Numbered from the stretch's first letter, positions 28,095 to 42,356 are shown. The stretch: DNA of 64,000 nucleotides from Tubiluchus corallicola (GCA_030141605.1 JAQGDQ010000385.1:62001-126000); one strand, 5' to 3'. Translations and numbers: made by a program. The notes: generated by a model from the letters alone, not told the origin.

Positions 28095-28163
28095 TTGGTT
28101 CTGGATTTGAACTAGGAACCTTCGAGTTACAGGTAACAAGTTCAACACCATTAAACCCGCTAT
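28095..28163 (-). mobile_element. Degenerate tRNA-derived SINE head or tRNA pseudogene
   Basis: Minus strand reads TAGCGGGTTTAATGGTGTTGAACTTGTTACCTGTAACTCGAAGGTTCCTAGTTCAAATCCAG. It has an A-box-like GGTTTAATGG, an anticodon-loop-like CTGTAAC and a B box GTTCAAATCC in tRNA spacing. The acceptor stem is not intact. Confidence 0.45.
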
Positions 28164-28332
28164 TGGCTAAACCATAAAACCAAAGTCGGTTCTTTAGAAT
28201 TAAAACAAATAGAATGTAGCGCCGCAAGTACACATTTTCAAGAAAGATACAGGTACCCAACTGTTTTCACTTAAGTTTCTTGGCACCTGGTGGGATACCT
28301 CGCTCACTTAAGATAAGAACGCAAGTTGGCAG

Positions 28333-28395
28333 GGTGGTGTCATGTTAGGTGATGGTGGTGTCGTATTAGGTAAAGGTTGTGTCGTATTAGGTAGC
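28333..28395. repeat. 21-bp tandem repeat, 3 copies
   Basis: GGTKGTGTCRTRTTAGGTRRN x3. Confidence 0.85.
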
Positions 28396-29800
28396 GAGAA
28401 ATGGATGATTCTTTACAATAAAGTAACAAGCCAGTCTCGGCTTCCAGATAGGACTAAACCTAAATATTTTAAAGTTAGTGGATTTTCACAACTTTGTCTC
28501 AAATATAGGGTATGTAAACGGGGTATACGGCTTCATATAGCTGAAGCTCCTATCATGCATTGTTTTTTTGCTATTCTATCCTTGGAAGTGTCAAATTTTT
28601 GTATATGTATATATATAAATGATGGTTAATATATACATAAACCGTCATAAACGCTGACTTGGTATTTATGAGCTGCAGAAAGATGCAGCTGTGGTATGTT
28701 TACACACGAATAGGACCCTGCTGGTCAGAATATTATTTTATTAAACATGCAAACCTGCAATGGAAGCAAATTACCCCACTTTGCGTGGTATTCTCCACAT
28801 GTTTCAATGTGATTATATACACACATCGCTCTGCGTCAGTTAAGAACGAAATAAGTGTTACGCAACGCAATAACTCTATTCTTTGAATATGACCTCTTCT
28901 GCGTAAGACCGGCCAATGACCATTCAACTGACCACTGAATAAATATTTCGCCATTGGCAAAGCAGTTTTAATTTAGGGCACCATGTGTCAATACTCTTTG
29001 CAAAGTAGTGGACACGTAGCACAGTAGCTGAAAATAGGTTGTAAGCACTAATACGTGGGTGGTCTTGTTTTTTTAACGATCTGTCTTTGCTAACTTATGA
29101 TGTGCAGCTTTGGTGCTATGATTTCATAAATCCAGATTTAATTACAGCGTCATTTCCATGAACGATTTGATTATTTGTTTCGCCCAGTCATGTAGTTCTC
29201 GCTGCTTTCTGCACAACAGGAATAAACGCTTCCACGGCTTGGTAACCGAAGACCTCACAGCTTTTATGAAAATCGTAAAATTGGTATAAGATGAAGAACA
29301 GATGTACGAGCTAGCACAGCTCTCTAAGCAAGCTGCCGTCTGGGACCGAACAGTTTAAGTGAAACCTAAATGTATTATGTAACAATATCTGCTTTGCCGA
29401 AGAAACCACCTACTGAGCTAGGGTCCATGTTGTATGCAAATGGCTTGCGTGATGAAAAATGAGTGACTTATGACAATTATAGATGGATTATTATACAAGC
29501 GTAACTATGATTTCGAGAATAATTGTGGCAGCTCATTGGAGGAAGATCATTAATCTTAGATGCAAGAATCTGACTTGTCGTTTAGTTGAATGTGCACGTG
29601 CGCTAAGAGCACTATTCAGCAGTGCAACACTATGGAGCAATAGAACATCTCTGCGTGACCATAGATCTCTGATCCATAGTTAGCGGTCTTGTGGCATTTG
29701 TCATTTTCTTTTGGCATAAAGTTTTCGCAAACAAATTTGTTTCCTAAATTATGTGAGGATAAAAACAGCAGCCAACATATACATCATAAACTTTGCATTT

Positions 29801-29803
<3 letters not shown>

Positions 29804-29835
<32 letters not shown>
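29804..29835. repeat. (TA)n microsatellite
   Basis: Direct reading. Confidence 0.9.
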
Positions 29836-29838
<3 letters not shown>

Positions 29839-30884
29839 ACAAAAGTTGGTCCTTTTTCATGGCTGTAGCTAATTCACCCCTTTGCTATCCGCTTACTCAA
29901 GCCAATGACTGACCTGTGGTGAAATAAGCATTTGAAATATTTTAAAGAAGCCAATAAATAAATTTAATGTTAGTTGTCTTACATTGGATGTTCAAACTTG
30001 TAAAATCTCTTTGTCTGTAGGTTTTTTTATTTTATCTTATTTTATTTTACTTTATTTTGAATGGGAGAAAATTGCGGTAGAAAAAGGTGACGTGAATTTA
30101 TCTCATCGACTGAGGCCTTTTTTAATTACAATATCGTCTTGGATTGTGGTCAGCACGTTAATTTGAGGCCAAGTATCAAAGTGCTGTACACATTACTGCA
30201 AAGATTGCAACCCTTTAAGCAATTACACAATAATATAAAAATCACTAGTTTGTAAACTTTTTATACTTTGCCAAGACTCAAAGGCCTTCGTTAGTCCTAC
30301 TACTACCAAATGTGTTGATATAGTTTTAAAGATTTCATGCAAAACTTCAAGCGTTTTTTGTATCAAAACGCGCTAATTTTAATATTCAGCGGAAAATGTC
30401 TAATAGAAAAGTGTTTTCGCCTGCAGTTATAATCTGTGCACAGATCACTTTATCCCCTAATTCAAAGCTTTTATTCTACTGTGATGCAAATGATCGACAA
30501 AGCAGTTGTTGGCTGATGCTAATCAATGAAGAAGCTTGCCCGCAGTGCCAACAGGAAAATCCGATTCATGTAAATCGTGCATAATAACATAATCAGATGA
30601 TAAAACCACTTCGTGTAGCGTTTGCCCTTTTTGTCACTGAGTCATTTTTGAATGAAACGTCTTGCCGAGTGATCTTAATGCGCTAAGTGAAATTCCATTT
30701 CAACTTTTTCAACTTTATCATAACATGCAGTACAAACTTTGTTACCGCTAACAATCAATTTGCTTATTAATATATGTGATGAGTGGCAACATCTCAAACT
30801 CCTAGTCAGTCTTTACCTTGCCAATAGATGGTGCCACATCGTTTGCTCATCACGTTTTAACAAAGTATTTACAATCTCTGTATC

Positions 30885-31401
30885 TTCTTCTTCTTCTTCT
30901 TCTTCTTCTCCTCCTCCTTCTTCTTTTTCTTCTTCTTCTTCTTCCCAGCTTTTCCCTATTCGGGGTCGCCGTTGTGAATGAGTCTTCTCCACGCATTCCT
31001 GTTGTTGACCATTTCTTCATTTATGTCTTCAATTCCCACAAGATCTTCACCGACTCTTTTCAGGTGTCCATACCATTGCAATCTTGCGAGGCTTTCACTA
31101 CTTTTACTGCTCCTCTGATATTATTATTTCCAATTTTATCTGTTCTTGTTATTCCCACCATTCATCTCAGTATCCTCATCTCCACCACACCCATTTTCTT
31201 CTCTTCGTCTTCTTTAGTGAAGCTGCTTCCAGCCCATAGATTAGAGCGGGTCTGACCACTTCTTTGTGGACTTTCCCTTTAAGTCTCACCGACTCATTCA
31301 TAGAAGGTTTTGGCGCAGTTTTTACAGGCGGATGCCCTTCCTGACCCTAACCCTCCCTATTTATCCGGGCTTGGGACCGGCACTGAGTCCAGAGGCTAGG
31401 T
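30885..31401 (-). mobile_element. Non-autonomous, internally deleted RTE-clade retroelement (5' UTR + ORF C-terminus + (GAA)n tail)
   Basis: 19-bp TSD TATTTACAATCTCTGTATC (30866-30884, 31402-31420). The minus-strand 5' part carries the RTE 5'-UTR motif GCCGGTCCCAAGCCCGGATAAA..GAGGGTT..CAGGAAGGGCATCCG. Then come frameshifted RTE peptides VRLKGKVHKEVVRPALIYGLEA, EMRILR*MVGITRTDKIGNNNIRG, ARLQWYGHLKR and NRNAWRRLIHNGDP, and a (GAA)n tail. Confidence 0.93.
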
Positions 31402-34332
31402 TATTTACAATCTCTGTATCAACAGCTGTTAAGTGTGTCATTGAAGTAAATATAAGTTAATACTTTTTAATTTGTGCTTGTAACAGTGGAGTAACAGCAA
31501 CCAGTGGAGTAGTTCGCTACTGGTGACAGTGGTCTAGTAGTAACTGGCGTTTCGCGAGAATGAGGGTCTTGTTTCTGAATAATTTGGCACATACGTCAAC
31601 AAACACAATGTAACGAATTGATTATTAGCGACTATATAACGCGATGAGTAAGTATGAAAGAAACTGATTTTGCTATTTAAATCAACAAGTGATTATACTG
31701 GATAGCGGTCTCAGTGGACTCTGGAAATTAACTGCCTGCATTTACATTCTATTAAACATTTATATTTACCAAACGCCTATTGTACTTTCAGCACAATCTA
31801 ACTGTGAACGTATTCATTTATTCCATTTGAGATGAAATTACTAAACGTAGTTAACAATAATACTTTGTTTAACTGATGATTTGGTCAAATTAACAATAGT
31901 GGTGAGTTTGACTGGGAGGTTTAACTAGTGAGCAACTATATCTATTACATTTGCGCCTTGAATGTTCTACGTGTAGTGATAATGATATCCATCTAATCAG
32001 GAAAAATATAAACCCATTTCTGAAGGCAAGGGGAAATTAGACGAAACCTCTCAATAATTTTAGTAAGCCTTGACTTACATCTTCAGAAACATGTCTATCT
32101 GCACGTCGATGTTCAATTGGCTTTGCTAGCTTGTTTATAGTTGTATTTCTGCGATTATGAGCGATTGTTTGTAGTTTACAGCCCAAATGGGCGGTTATAC
32201 ACGCACAAAACCAAAGAAAAGATGAAAACCAAATTTCATTTTCCATAGCAATCGCCCAAAGTTGCTAGTAGGAATAGCCTTATCCCCACTCATAAACAAG
32301 CTCTTTCGTATTATTGCCAGACCATTTTGTTGCGAAATAAAAATCATGACGATTTAATTTGACATAAACTTTGAGTTGAAGTAAACTTATTGCTACTAAT
32401 ATTTTGTTAGATGATTACGTTATTAATTGCTGCTTCAGTGATAAACAGAAGAAACACAGTAAATCTCTTTCTTGTGCACTGACCAACAAATTACGGTATC
32501 AAATTAAAAATTGGCGCCTTTTATAGTATGTTTATATATAAATGCATGTACAATATGCCATAGTATACAATAGTATACCGTCACCAAGGTTTCTCACTTT
32601 TTCACCCTTCCCTTTAGGAGAAAACCTTCTTTTTCCTTTTCTTTCATTTTTGGTACTATAGTACGGCGCGGATCCACATAGTTACTGTATGTGGATGGAG
32701 TATTGCTAAAAGCGATATTCCTTAGGTACGGCTCAGTTACACGCTATAGGTTACCAGGCTGTTTTCTCTTTCATGTACAAAAATGACACAAGCTGGGATC
32801 CAAGTCTCAGAATGGATTGCAAAACCGGAACCAATGTTAAACCATCTCTCTAATATTTAACACATAAAATAGTGATGGGGAAAATATACTTTTTTCAAGA
32901 ATCACTTATGAGAAAGAATTGTTACCACGAAGTATAATTTCACGCTCGCGCCGTTAGTTTTTCGCTGTTGCAGCGCCTGTTTCTCTCAGTTCAGTTGTGA
33001 CGTGGCGCACACTTGTGATTAAATCACGTGTTGGCATAGCGGTAGAAAATTTGCCGAGTTGATGTAAATAAAAGGAGTGTATTCCAATTTTTACTTTTGC
33101 AAAGACGTGCAAAACGCTCTTGGAATGTTTCTGCCGTTTGAAAGTTACGTTCACTTGTGACGTCACCGCTAGCTGTTCTCGCCAGCGGTTAAGTTTTAAG
33201 CTAATATTTAATTGTCAGAAACACTTTGGCATTATTACATATTATATATGTAATAAACAAAAAAGACTAAGTGTTACATCAAAAATAAAAGATTTAGCAA
33301 ATGACGAACATGACAACTTCCTGAAACATTTAAATTACTGTGCATTTATAAACAAACTAATAATGAAAAGAAACACAAATGGCCAAGTAATTCTTTCAAA
33401 CGATGCTCATTGATAGGTATTAATAAGCTGTGAATGTACTAAAAGGAAGTACATGCAAACAGAAGTGCGTGATTATTCATGACAATAGATTTATCAAGAA
33501 GCCACGTTTTACATCTTGCCAAACCGAGTTTTCTCGAAACCCAGACTCGACAATAACGTCATTCACACAATTTGCAGTGACAACAGCAGCCATGCAGGTT
33601 ATAATATAATAATAGAAAACACACAATAGACTCACTAAAAGTTTTGCATGCAGATAAATCCTTATAGAGCTGCAGGCAGGTGTTGTGCATTATTGCTATA
33701 CTGGAGTCGTGGAAATGCGTCTCCACTGCGTTATTATTATATTGCTTTCCGGCTTTTCAAGGGTTTTTCTTATTGCCCTGTCCTGTTTATGGAAAACATG
33801 CACGATTGTGCGCTATATGTACCCAGGAATGAATGGCACTGGCAAGTAATAAAATCTGCACTTTATGAGCATATATGTCTTCTGATTATGGATGTAATAT
33901 CAAAACGGAAGTGGTTTACATTGAGCGGACCCAGATTGTGTGGCACCGCTTTGTCGTATAAATTTGCATGACTTTTCGCTTTCTAGGCTGATTTGTTGTA
34001 TGTATCTAATCGTAGGGCTATTTTACTTCATTTATCACTTTATAGTGGATTAGGTACAGCGTCGCATCAACCTGTCAGAGTAGGCTAAATTTTGATGATT
34101 TGATAATTTGCACATTAGAAGCCAGAGTCCATCACTCTGCAACAAAACCTAACGTTGAATGGTTATGGCGGGACCGGATCCTAGTTTATTATTAACATGA
34201 AAGATGAGTCTCTGGAAATGTGGAATTCACAGTTTAGTGAAAAGTGAAACTATTGACCAAACATCACTAGAGTGCTATGTTATATCAAACATTGTTCGAA
34301 GCAATTGATTACCTAATGATATCATTTTATGT

Positions 34333-35075
34333 TTTAATTACATGCTTTGTACAGTTGTTTAATTACATGCTTTGTACAGTTGTTTGATTACATGCTTTGT
34401 ACAGTTGTTTAATTACATGCTTTGTACAGTTGTTTAATTACATGCTTTGTACAGTTGTTTGATTACATGCTTTGTACAGTTGTTTAATTACATGCTTTGT
34501 ACAGTTGTTTGATTACATGGTTTGTACAGTTGTTTGATTACATGCTTTGTACAGTTGTTTAATTACATGTTTTGTACAGTTGTTTAATTACATGCTTTGT
34601 ACAGTTGTTTAATTACATGCTTTGTACAGTTGTTTGATTACATGCTTTGTACAGTTGTTTAATTACATGCTTTGTACAGTTGTTTAATTACATGCTTTGT
34701 ACAGTTGTTTAATTACATGCTTTGTACAGTTGTTTGATTACATGCTTTGTACAGTTGTTTGATTACATGCTTTGTACAGTTGTTTGATTACATGCTTTGT
34801 ACAGTTGTTTAATTACATGCTTTGTACAGTTGTTTAATTACATGCTTTGTACAGTTGTTTGATTACATGCTTTGTACAGTTGTTTGATTACATGCTTTGT
34901 ACAGTTGTTTGATTACATGCTTTGTACAGTTGTTTAATTACATGCTTTGTACAGTTGTTTAATTACATGCTTTGTACAGTTGTTTAATTACATGCTTTTT
35001 ACAGTTGTTTGATTACATGCTTTGTACAGTTGTCTAATTACATGCTTTCTACAGTTGTTTAATTACATGCTTTCT
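34333..35075. repeat. 25-bp minisatellite, ~30 copies
   Basis: Unit GTTTRATTACATGCTTTGTACAGTT with an A/G dimorphism and no spacers. Confidence 0.97.
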
Positions 35076-38000
35076 AGATAGAATTTGCCAGGCTGGAGAA
35101 AGCTTATTTCTAAATACCTGCAACCAGAAAAATCCACCTGTGTACCATTGATAAAAATTATCTTGATGATAGTGACGCATGCGAATCATTGTTAAGCGAT
35201 CTGTGCGACATCTGCCGTCGGTTAATTTTGTCAAATCTGTATATGATTCTATATTATGTTAGCGCCTTTTGTTTACTCTGATTTTAACAGAATATGTAGT
35301 TTTTCCACTTTTCGCAGGAAGTGCATGCAAAATTTTAATAGTCATTTTTAATATTAAACCTGGCGCCTATAAATAAACAAACTGTAGCATGTTAGTGCGT
35401 TAGAACAGGATCTACGGCGAGGATGAAAGTATTAAAATAGAACATAATTTACGATTGTTAAGTCCTGAACACTTGAGGGCATAATTCCAAAAATTACATA
35501 AAATGGTCATATTTACATAGCTATACATGCGCTCTTCAAACAAATGAATCAGTAGTCCTTTGTTTGAACCATGCAGGTAAATATGACTTAATTTATGACA
35601 GTTTAAATCATTCTTTCTGTATACGTTTGAATTGATGCTTGACCAGTAACGTTTGTAGATGCGGAGACGTATTGACTAAAAGAAATGTCTTCCACTGTAA
35701 GTGTTGTTAGGGTATTTCCATGTGTTTTCCTTAATCTAGCTATTACTAGATCCTTCAGCTCACGATATAGTGCTCTCAGAAAAGCTCAATGTATTGTTAT
35801 TACTGAGGCAACGGTGTTTATTACAGATAAAATGGAATCCGCATTTATGGCCATAAATTTTACAGATTCATATCTATATCTTCATTGACCCATGACGGAT
35901 TTTCATTATCTACTAATCATGTAGCAGAGACCATTTCATGCCATAAAATAAACCATAAAAATGACAGACGACGTTTTTTATTCAAGATAATGCGCGCTAT
36001 AAAATGACTGTCCCATTAAGTTGTCCTAGCAGTCTAGGAGCAGATTTTGTGACAGTCAGTTGGACGTGGCTTCTAACATCACCATGAACATTAGAGGGAT
36101 TACACGGGAGGATATCTGATGTATAACATTATACGTGCCACTGAAGATTGTTATAACACGATTTGAATCATTTTCCAATAAGCGGGAACATATGATATTT
36201 CTTATCCTCTGAAGGTTTCTAAATTTGCAAACAAAATCCATGTAAGCCATGTGAGCAACAAAGAAATCGTCATGAATGTTTGCATTCATATCTGAACATT
36301 AAAAGAGAAAAAGCGTAAATAATGATGGAATCTTCTTGTATCCGAGGGGGTGCAAAGATAATTTTTGCGGGACTTTACGTAAATAACGCAGTTGTAATAG
36401 CATCAATGACTGCATCTTGATTTGGGACATTAAATCAATATTTTAGCGTATTCTATGAATGATTATTAAAAAAGAGAATTTCGTCTTTGCTTAATAATTA
36501 TTATATAACTAAATAAGTATTGTGGAGGTCACTTTAATATACCTACTGTCATGAGAAATATTACAGTGGGCCTCAACGAGAATATACATTCATCGTACAA
36601 TAGATATGTCTTAGGCAAACTTGTCAGTTTGCTACAAAAGTCATGACCTTAGATATATAGTATTGGACTTTTTAGTAAATGTACTAAATAGAATAGCGCA
36701 AACAAAAAAGTTCATTAAACTACAAACACGAGTAACCAAGTGCCCGTGCTTATATGTCTGCCAACATTACTTCGGTAGTACATCGTCCGAAAATGAAACG
36801 CATAAAATTCTTCTAGCAGGATATTTGCTCAGGCAAAGAAAGGTAGAAAATCAGACAGTTAAAATGCCGAAAGGAAAGGATCAAACATGGAGTCGATATA
36901 AAACCGGTGAAAAATTGCCCGAACGACTTCTTAACCAGTATACAGGAAGCGTGAGCTAAAACAAAATGACAATAAATTGATAAATGACATGCGGTTAAAC
37001 ACTTTTGCACTATTTCCAGTTTTATGCTGCCTGTCCATTTGTGCCCATGCTCATGGTTGGCTGACGGATGCCAAGTTTGATCATTGGAAAGTTCGGAATT
37101 CGGTTATGACTCGTGTCACATAAAAGCGGCAACACTTCAGTTCTCGCAATTAAACAATGTAAATAGTGCGACGGAGAGCTTGTGTAATTACTTCGCCAAG
37201 CCGAATGTGAATTATTTTTATTTGAAGAGAACGCACTTTGCTGAGGACATGTGCAGAATCGCTGAACAATTTTTGTTCTAACTTCAAAGACTGGCGTTAA
37301 CGATTAGTTCTCTGTCTAAAGGACTCATATACACGGCAGACCTCTAACCGGACGCCGACTTTGAGCAATTAGCAGCGGCGAGAAATGTTAGCTAAATTGC
37401 CAGCATCTTGAATTAGGTTTTTCATGCAGCAAAATAAAGTCCATATTCTCACTTCAAAAGATATCGCTATAAAGTCCAGTGAGCTCTTGCTGCAAGTCTA
37501 CAATGTCTTAAGGCCTAATTAAAGCCTAATTAGCCCTGCACGTCTTCTTCAGAATGCAGTAAATTAGTTTTTGAACCTTTCTTGTAACAGAAGATCGTGA
37601 TAATACTAAAGAAACAAGCAAAGGGCAGAGACTAATTAAAATTCGACTATTGGTGCTAGAATATATGCGCTCAATGTTTAAATGTGACATTTTAGGCCAT
37701 TACCTGCAAGTTTTTTATTATTAGCATCTCGCCATTAAAGAGCCACGAATCCTTGAGTTCAAACAATTTAAACCCAGGGCGCGCTGTGAAATGTCAAATA
37801 ACGTTATGTATCAGAAGTAATTGCTGAAGTCAGTTATTCAGCTACAATTAGTAGATTTTCTATTATTGACTGATGCATCTGAGTAGATAAATGAACTTTC
37901 CGCACTCGAGGAGCAAATTAAAATGAATAGTTTTTGTGCAAGTTTGCTGGAAACACGTAATGGAATTTGGTGAAAATTGCGGTGTGAGTTGGAAATGAAT

Positions 38001-38414
38001 GTGGTAATGCACGAAGACGTGTGAGACGCAAGGACAAAGGCAAGACACTGCATACTGATGACATTTCCACTGCAATTACACTCCCATTCATTCTCATTCT
38101 CCACTATTACATTGACTTGCTCACAATCCTCTCTGCAAAAGCAACTATAATGTTTTTCTCAAACATTTTGTATCTACCATTGGCGCACATCTCAGAATTA
38201 AACTTCATGGGCGTTGGTGTTTGCGCATGCGGAAGCAGTGCTTACTGAACTCATACTTGTATAACTGGCTTCATTTCTGATGCTAGTCAAATTGCCGGGT
38301 GAATAAGGAGGTCTTTTTCACGCCCCTAATTGTGATTATATTGCTTCGATCTGACTATGAAATGCAGACAACGTTTCTTGCGCAAAAAGCAGATGACAAT
38401 GATGGTAGTACTAA

Positions 38415-38419
38415 TGATA

Positions 38420-38474
<55 letters not shown>
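38415..38474. repeat. (GAT)n microsatellite
   Basis: Direct reading; source of poly-D/M/I ORFs. Confidence 0.95.
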
Positions 38475-38476
<2 letters not shown>

Positions 38477-38987
38477 GTGGTGGTGGGTGTAGTGGCGCTG
38501 GCATTGTCGGCAGTCACGGTAGATCTGTCTGTCTTGACGACAACAACATTCAGAACCATGACGGTATCTCACCTTCTGGGAGGGAGGTCAGATACTGTTT
38601 TATCTTTACTGCATGTGTTTGCCGGACCACCGTGCGCGTCATCGTCATCATCAACAACATCACTTTTGCGGCAGAAAATAAATCAAAGAAACTTCTTCTC
38701 ATAATTTAACATGCATTTCCTGGGAAAATGACTTGTTATAGTGGATAAAGCCTTTCTTCGTAAATTTAGAAATTGCAGAGCTTGTGTTTCAAACGTTTTC
38801 TTACCGATTGCTGTTGTAAACATTGGTTCCGTCAAAATGAGTTAAGAGGTTAACATTTAAGTTTTAATCATACGCGTTTATGGTCAAAAGTGATGTTCCA
38901 GTTACTAGGCGTTATTGGTGTATTATCGTTTGCATTGATACATCTTACAGTTCGTCAAAAATAAGCCGTTTCCTTCATGTAAAAAGA

Positions 38988-38989
<2 letters not shown>

Positions 38990-39061
<72 letters not shown>

Positions 39062-39222
39062 GTGTGCGCGTACGTGTGTATGCGTGCGTGTGTGCGTGTG
39101 TGTGTGGGGGGAGTGTGATTTAACAATGTGTGTGTGTGTGTGATTTAACAATGTGTGTGTGATTGCGTGTGCGCGTGTGTGCGTGCGTGCGTGCGTGTGT
39201 GTGATTTAACAATGTGTGTGTG
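38990..39222. repeat. (GT)n/(GC)-interrupted microsatellite with three GTGATTTAACAAT inserts
   Basis: Direct reading. Confidence 0.92.
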
Positions 39223-40253
39223 ATTGGTGGTTGGCTTGTCTGTTTTTGCAGAATTGCACTGAAGATCATCGCCCTATTTGCTATAGTCTGCTTAGTGCCT
39301 TTGTAAGAGTGACATGGGAAATTAGCAACTGGCCTTGTTCTGTAAAACGCCAAACTACCTGAAAATTGTATTCAGGCGAAAAAAAACATGGGAAATTCAA
39401 CTACAAAATTCGTCAAATTGAACTTAAAAATTCGTCTGGCTAATTATTCACTGATTACGCGGTTTATAATTCTTCCATGATTCTTTTCTTTGCAGTGATA
39501 TAAATGAATATTCTGAGAAATCTTTGCGTAGCTATACATTTACAACCAAATTTTATTGCATCATACGTACACAACAGATTTTACTGATCACGCAGAAGAC
39601 TAGAGATTCAAGGAAGACGATGAATACGCTTTCATTTGTATATGGCATTGGTTTGTATTTTTATTGTGCCATTATAACGGCTACCAAATGGCTTCTTTAT
39701 CGTCTTTATTAGAAAAAAGGCTTGTTGGCGATTAATTCGAGATTTTCTCAGATCTTGAGTTGGTATCCCTGCAGTTTGCTATAACGACCTGCGATGCAAT
39801 TCAGATAAAAGTAGAAATCTTATGGAATAACATATGATCTCGGTCGGGCAACTCTACAACCCAGTCGCATTAAAAAGGAGCCAGGGGGATTAGGGGACAA
39901 ATCTGGGCATTTTAAATATGGGTTTTGTGATCGAATAACACGCAATCTTTAATGGTAAAGTTGAGTTTATATCTAAATGGCCGTTTGGCGATTCCTGTTG
40001 CCAATAATTAACAAATTTAGATGCATTGGCTTAGGATGTTGTTGCCTATAAACTTTGCCTGCGCTATCGAGGCTTCAATCTTGCTTTAAACATGCATTAA
40101 GTTACGTTCACACAATTGTTCGAAAAATGACGCCCGTACTGCGCAGAATTTCCCCAATGATCACGTTAGTTATTAACCACTAAAATCGTGGGGCGTTACA
40201 TTTTTGCACTTCTTTGCAGCTATAACGCTATCGTTCTGCTAACTATCTTTACT

Positions 40254-40268
40254 ATTATTATTATTATT

Positions 40269-40322
<54 letters not shown>

Positions 40323-40388
40323 TTCATCATCATTATGCTTATTATTATTAAAACTTTTTTCTTTCATTAAAACTTTTTTCTTTCATTA
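40254..40388. repeat. (ATT)n/(ATC)n microsatellite followed by a short tandem duplication
   Basis: Direct reading; ATTAAAACTTTTTTCTTTC x2. Confidence 0.9.
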
Positions 40389-41251
40389 TGTTGTGCTTTT
40401 TGTTGTTACTACTGTTGCTACTTCGAATCGCGAAATCGAACGTACGACTTCGCTATAACTGTCCTACCTTTTTCAACTGTCCCTTTCTTGATTTTTTTCA
40501 ATCTCTTTCTTTCTTTTGCATTGTATTTGTAATGTATGCGCCAGGTTCGATAGGGATTTTAGCGAGGGCATAAGAGTTCAGTCTTGGTAAAATTTAGACT
40601 TAATATTAAACTAGTGGACTGCTGCCGACTGTAACTCATGGAGAAAAATTGAATTATCTGCAATGTTCGCAATTAGTTCTAGCTTTCTATATAACCTCAT
40701 GTAAGCATAAATAAAATTTTTCTTGGATATGAAACGCATCTCGCCCCGCCCGTTCGCTCACATGTGAAAAGATTGTGAAAAGGCCTGAAAAATAATCTCA
40801 GGCTAGCAATAAAGCCAAATAAAAGCAAACGAAAGACGCCACAAACGGCAGTTTTCTGCACACTCAGACGTCTTTTCAAAAACGAAGATTTGGCATCTTT
40901 TCAGAGATTCGCAATATTGTCTGTACAAGTATCAGATTATGTATAACTGGAAGTGCATGTCCAACGTTTGTCGACTTTGTAAAACTTCGCACTGAGTGAA
41001 AATATGAAAAGGTTCAGGTGGAGACAATAAACTAAAAATATAAACGCAGTTTCTAACAGCTAGTCAGAAGCCTTTTTATTTACGCATACTTACGATGTAC
41101 ATATACTTATATATAGTAATAAGTATAAACTGTCCTACCTTTTTCAACTGTTTCGTTTCTAGGCTTTTTCAATCTCTTTCTTTCTTTTATTTCTTGCTTA
41201 TTGATAAATCTGTCTTCTTTGTTTCGTTCACTAACCCAGCCCCATTCTGAA

Positions 41252-41805
<554 letters not shown>

Positions 41806-42356
41806 ATAATAGTATAGTATGATTTTTAACGAATTTTTCATGTTTATGCAAGTACTTCCTACAATCCAAAAATCGTTCTGCATTACGCCCTTGTTTCATT
41901 CGTTTGCTTGCAGCTTTGATATCACACTGGCAGAAACAGCTTCGCCATAATCCTGCAATTAGCGCAGTTCTTGCACTCTTTGATTAAGGTGCCATTTACT
42001 GCCGTTTTATGGAGGTCCCGTGTAATCAACGGGGTGATTTAGCCCTCTGAATCGAATTAAATATGAATAGTTTTATATGTAAGGGCCTAAAGTCGAGTAA
42101 GTCGAGCTTTGTGAAGATCAGACTTTGTCCCTTGTGGTTGATGAGCAAAAAATGTTAATGTGATGTGTTGTTTTACTGCCTAGACGTGCTTGTTTACTGT
42201 TGTTGAGCAATTCGAATTAACTACCTGGACAGTACATAGACGATATGGATATAGAATGTTCTAACTGACCACACCCAGTCGAGGTCATGTCATAATTATT
42301 ATGATTTTAAAAAATAATAAAGCTGTTTATTTGGTATATTGTTAGGAAAGTTTATG

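Noticed and set aside
36621-36959. 112-aa ORF with LYVCQHYF (THAP-like?)
   Set aside because: Motif order and residues do not fit THAP; TTG start; no splice support.
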